Assembly (NCBI RefSeq): GCF_016592615.1
Contig: NZ_AP013043.1
Span: 1,230,001-1,262,000, forward strand
Length of the DNA stretch: 32,000 nucleotides
Direction: 5' to 3'
Source: Isorropodon fossajaponicum endosymbiont JTNG4
GTDB taxonomy: Bacteria > Pseudomonadota > Gammaproteobacteria > PS1 > Pseudothioglobaceae
Shown one piece after another: positions 29,183 through 32,000 of the stretch; position 1 is the stretch's first letter, and each line of letters starts with the position of its first letter. The translations under genes were made by a program, and so were the position numbers. Below the pieces are notes generated by a model. That model searched no databases, was not told the origin of the DNA, and saw only the letters and a program-made list of their open reading frames with translations.

Positions 29183-31144
29183 TTAAAGCTCAAGTAATGG
29201 GTTATCGCCTGCAAATAGCACCCAAGTTAAAATAATTAATAAACTAAAAATCATAAAAAAAGCGTAGTGATAAACATAGCCTGTTTGGATGGGGCGTACA
29301 ATTTTGCCAACCAGACCAATGAATTTTGCAGTGCCATTAACTAGTATCTTATCAATCAGGCCAGCATCAGACACCTTGTATAAAAAGTTGCCTAGTTTTT
29401 TAACACCACTGACAAAAACAATGTCATTAAAGCGATCAAAACCGTACAGGGATTCAAGCACGTAGTTGGTACGGTGGTATTTCTTTTGTATCCAATCAGC
29501 CCATTGTGTTCTATAAATTGAAAAAACCCAGGCGGTGGTAATACCACCTATCATCATCCAAAATGGCAAGGTTTGTATTGCATGAGGAATCATTGAGGCT
29601 GCGCCATGAAATTCATGCTTGAGTTCAGCCATAGAGATATGGCTTGAAGCGACGGTAATCGCATTATCTAACCAACCATTAAACAACATGGGTTCAATCG
29701 TCAAGTATCCAATCACCAAAGATGGAATGGCTAAAGCGATTAGTGGAAATGCCATTGAAGGTGCGGACTCATGTAAATGTTTAGCGGTATGTGCATCTAC
29801 CCTAGACTCGCCATGAAAGACTAAGAAAAACATTCTTAATGAATAAAAGGCAGTAATAAACACGCCTGCCACCACCGCAACATAAACCCAACTTGCGTAT
29901 GGTAATGATGAAAAGTGCACAGCTTCAATAATCATGTCTTTTGAGTAAAAGCCTGCAAAGCCTGGAAAGCCGATTAGAGCCAACGTGCCAATAAGTGCAG
30001 TCCAATAAGTAATTGGCATTTTTTTGCGCAACCCACCCATTTTGCGAATGTCTTGCTGATGATGCATGGCAACAATGACTGAACCTGCGCCTAAAAATAA
30101 CAGTGCCTTAAAAAATGCGTGTGTCATTAGGTGAAAAATTGCGACTGAATACGCACTCACACCTAGCGCAACCGTCATATAGCCCAATTGTGACAAAGTT
30201 GAATAAGCCACCACTTTTTTAATATCATTTTGTACAATACCGAGCAACCCCATAAACAAAGCAGTAGTCGCACCTACAATCATAACCACTGTTAGCGCAA
30301 CATCACTTAGTTCAAACATAGGTGACATACGCGATACCATAAAGATGCCTGCGGTTACCATGGTTGCTGCGTGAATTAGGGCTGAAATTGGCGTAGGGCC
30401 TTCCATTGACCCTGGCAGCCAAACATGCAGTGGCACTTGTGCAGATTTGCCCATTGCGCCAACAAATAATAATAGGCAAATAATAGTAATAAGGTCTAAG
30501 CCCCAAAGCTGTTGGTTCATTGTTTTATCAAGACTTGAAAATACTTCCATATAATCTAATGAGCCACTAAATGCCAATACCAAGCCAATGCCTAGTAAAA
30601 AGCCAAAATCACCCACACGATTAACCAAAAAGGCTTTAAGATTTGCTTGTACCGCGCTTTCTTTGTGGTGCCAAAAACCAATTAATAAATATGAAACCAA
30701 TCCAACCGCTTCCCAGCCAAAGAAAAGCTGCATAAAGTTATTACTCATCACTAACATGAACATCGAGAACGTGAACAGAGAAATATAACTAAAGAACCTC
30801 GTATAACCTGTATCGTCATGCATATAGTCAATGGTATAAATATGCACCATGAGTGAGACAAAGGACACCACCACCAACATCACGGACGTTAAATTATCAA
30901 TTAAAAAACCAACACTGGCGTTTAGATTATTAATTTGCATCCAAGTGTAGAGATTTTGATTAAAAACTTCGCCCTGCTCTAAAACGTGATAATTAAACAC
31001 ATACAAAGACAATACAGTTGAAATCAACACGCCTAAAATAGTCAGCACATGTGTGGCTGTTTTGCCGAGCATGGTGCCAAAAAATCCTGCAAGAATTGCG
31101 CCTACTAAAGGTGAGAGTGCAATTGTTAAATAAATATTTTCCAT
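29183..31144 (-). CDS. nuoL: NADH-quinone oxidoreductase subunit L
   Basis: 653 aa. Contains FFGWEAVGLVSYLLIGFW, GKSAQVPLHVWLPGSMEGPTPISALIHAATMV and a long C-terminal extension. Confidence 0.94.
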   Translation of the reverse strand: MENIYLTIALSPLVGAILAGFFGTMLGKTATHVLTILGVLISTVLSLYVFNYHVLEQGEVFNQNLYTWMQINNLNASVGFLIDNLTSVMLVVVSFVSLMVHIYTIDYMHDDTGYTRFFSYISLFTFSMFMLVMSNNFMQLFFGWEAVGLVSYLLIGFWHHKESAVQANLKAFLVNRVGDFGFLLGIGLVLAFSGSLDYMEVFSSLDKTMNQQLWGLDLITIICLLLFVGAMGKSAQVPLHVWLPGSMEGPTPISALIHAATMVTAGIFMVSRMSPMFELSDVALTVVMIVGATTALFMGLLGIVQNDIKKVVAYSTLSQLGYMTVALGVSAYSVAIFHLMTHAFFKALLFLGAGSVIVAMHHQQDIRKMGGLRKKMPITYWTALIGTLALIGFPGFAGFYSKDMIIEAVHFSSLPYASWVYVAVVAGVFITAFYSLRMFFLVFHGESRVDAHTAKHLHESAPSMAFPLIALAIPSLVIGYLTIEPMLFNGWLDNAITVASSHISMAELKHEFHGAASMIPHAIQTLPFWMMIGGITTAWVFSIYRTQWADWIQKKYHRTNYVLESLYGFDRFNDIVFVSGVKKLGNFLYKVSDAGLIDKILVNGTAKFIGLVGKIVRPIQTGYVYHYAFFMIFSLLIILTWVLFAGDNPLLEL

Positions 31145-31147
31145 GCT

Positions 31148-31378
31148 TTATTGATTGTTAATATCGTAAATAATCGTATCAAAGCTAAAATCTTGTCCAT
31201 TTTTCCATTCTATGCCATACTTAGTGGCATACACAGTACTAAAATAGCCTTTATTTTTAAGCTCTTTAAATGCACGCCCATTTAAATAGGGCTTTACATC
31301 AAAAACACCATTGATGGTTTGCATTTGGATTTCAATACAATAGTTATCTAATGGTTTTATGTTTAATACTTGTTCCAT
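31148..31378 (-). CDS. DUF2442-like small protein
   Basis: Intact 76-aa ORF. IKPLDNYCIEIQM..INGVFDVKPYL.GRAFKELKNKGYFSTV....GIEWKNGQDFSFDTIY fits the DUF2442 pattern as I recall it. There are 3-nt spacers to both neighbours. Confidence 0.65.
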   Translation of the reverse strand: MEQVLNIKPLDNYCIEIQMQTINGVFDVKPYLNGRAFKELKNKGYFSTVYATKYGIEWKNGQDFSFDTIIYDINNQ

Positions 31379-31381
31379 TTT

Positions 31382-31619
31382 TTATCTAAGTGGTTTAATT
31401 TTAAAGACGTCATCACCTTTGGATGCTAAATTCCAATCTGCTATTAATTCTTCTTGATGAATTTCCATCCAAGCCTGAACCAATTTTATCTTTTTATTAG
31501 GAATTGAGCCGCTTAAAATTTCCCCAGTTTCAATTTCAAAGCTGACCTCAAATTTGCCGTATTCTGCGTGAATATGAGCAACATTTGATAATTCCATAAA
31601 ACATTGATATTACTGGCAT
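31382..31619 (-). pseudogene. DUF4160-like small protein, N-terminus apparently damaged
   Basis: Track ORF 31382-31597 has AHIHAEYGKFEVSFEIETGEILSGSIPNKKIKLVQAWMEIHQEELIADW (DUF4160-like). The canonical-looking start MPVISMFYGII (ATG 31619, 2 nt after the nuoK stop) is in another frame and terminates after about 23 codons. Confidence 0.6.
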
Positions 31620-31621
31620 GT

Positions 31622-31927
31622 CTACCCCTTTAAACTGTTAGTAACATCAACACTAATAGAACCGCGGTTTCTAAACAACAAGGTCAAAATCGCCAAACCA
31701 ATGGCAACCTCAGCTGCTGCTACCGTCAAAATAAAGAAAACAAAAATTTGCCCTGCTTCATCGCCTAAGAAATGTGAAAAGGCAATAAAATTGGTATTAA
31801 CAGCAACCAAAATTAACTCTACACACATTAACAGGGTAATGATATTGGTACGATTAACAAAAATACCCACCAAGCCAATGCAAAAAATAACACTACTTAG
31901 AATTAAATAATCACTCAAACTAACCAT
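31622..31927 (-). CDS. nuoK: NADH-quinone oxidoreductase subunit K
   Basis: 101 aa with three hydrophobic helices. [19 protein letters not shown] and [18 protein letters not shown] are typical of NuoK. Confidence 0.93.
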   Translation of the reverse strand: MVSLSDYLILSSVIFCIGLVGIFVNRTNIITLLMCVELILVAVNTNFIAFSHFLGDEAGQIFVFFILTVAAAEVAIGLAILTLLFRNRGSISVDVTNSLKG

Positions 31928-32000
31928 TTATTTATCCCCCTTACTAGGCGAGGTGATTGAAACAAGCCTTACCCTATCTTTGGCTTGAACATTCACTTGC
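31915..32000 (-). CDS. nuoJ: NADH-quinone oxidoreductase subunit J, C-terminal end only
   Basis: The reverse frame gives ..[25 protein letters not shown]-stop, overlapping the nuoK start by 13 nt. The call rests on position and this short tail only. Confidence 0.55.

Overview
AT-rich gammaproteobacterial-type chromosome in which short housekeeping blocks alternate with insertion sequences and heavily eroded accessory genes. Housekeeping blocks: nadK and divergent grpE (1-1389); a UbiH-family hydroxylase, pmbA, a TauE/DsbD_2-like membrane protein, corC, rnfH and hisA (5700-10870, minus strand); and nuoJ(partial)-K-L-M-N (26217-32000, minus strand). Two IS3-family elements are each present twice in inverted orientation and interleaved. 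IS-A lies at 4078-5285 (+) and 21805-23012 (-). IS-B lies at 12144-13443 (-) and 24228-25528 (+). An LPS/O-antigen-type cluster (14080-21576, minus strand) has intact manC-gmd-fcl-wzx and one intact glycosyltransferase, but its other genes are broken. Defence-type or accessory remnants sit at the IS borders: a GmrSD/DUF1524 nuclease remnant, a histidine-kinase tail plus an intact receiver gene plus a TaqI_C-like methyltransferase specificity remnant, an FGE/SUMF1-domain pseudogene, a pilin-like fragment, and XRE- and HTH-type pseudogenes. The most unusual intact feature is a DUF4160/DUF2442-type two-gene cassette inside the complex I operon between nuoK and nuoL. By eye I found no rRNA, tRNA or CRISPR array. 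All family assignments come from motif recognition in the translations, not from database searches. Frameshift positions are approximate.
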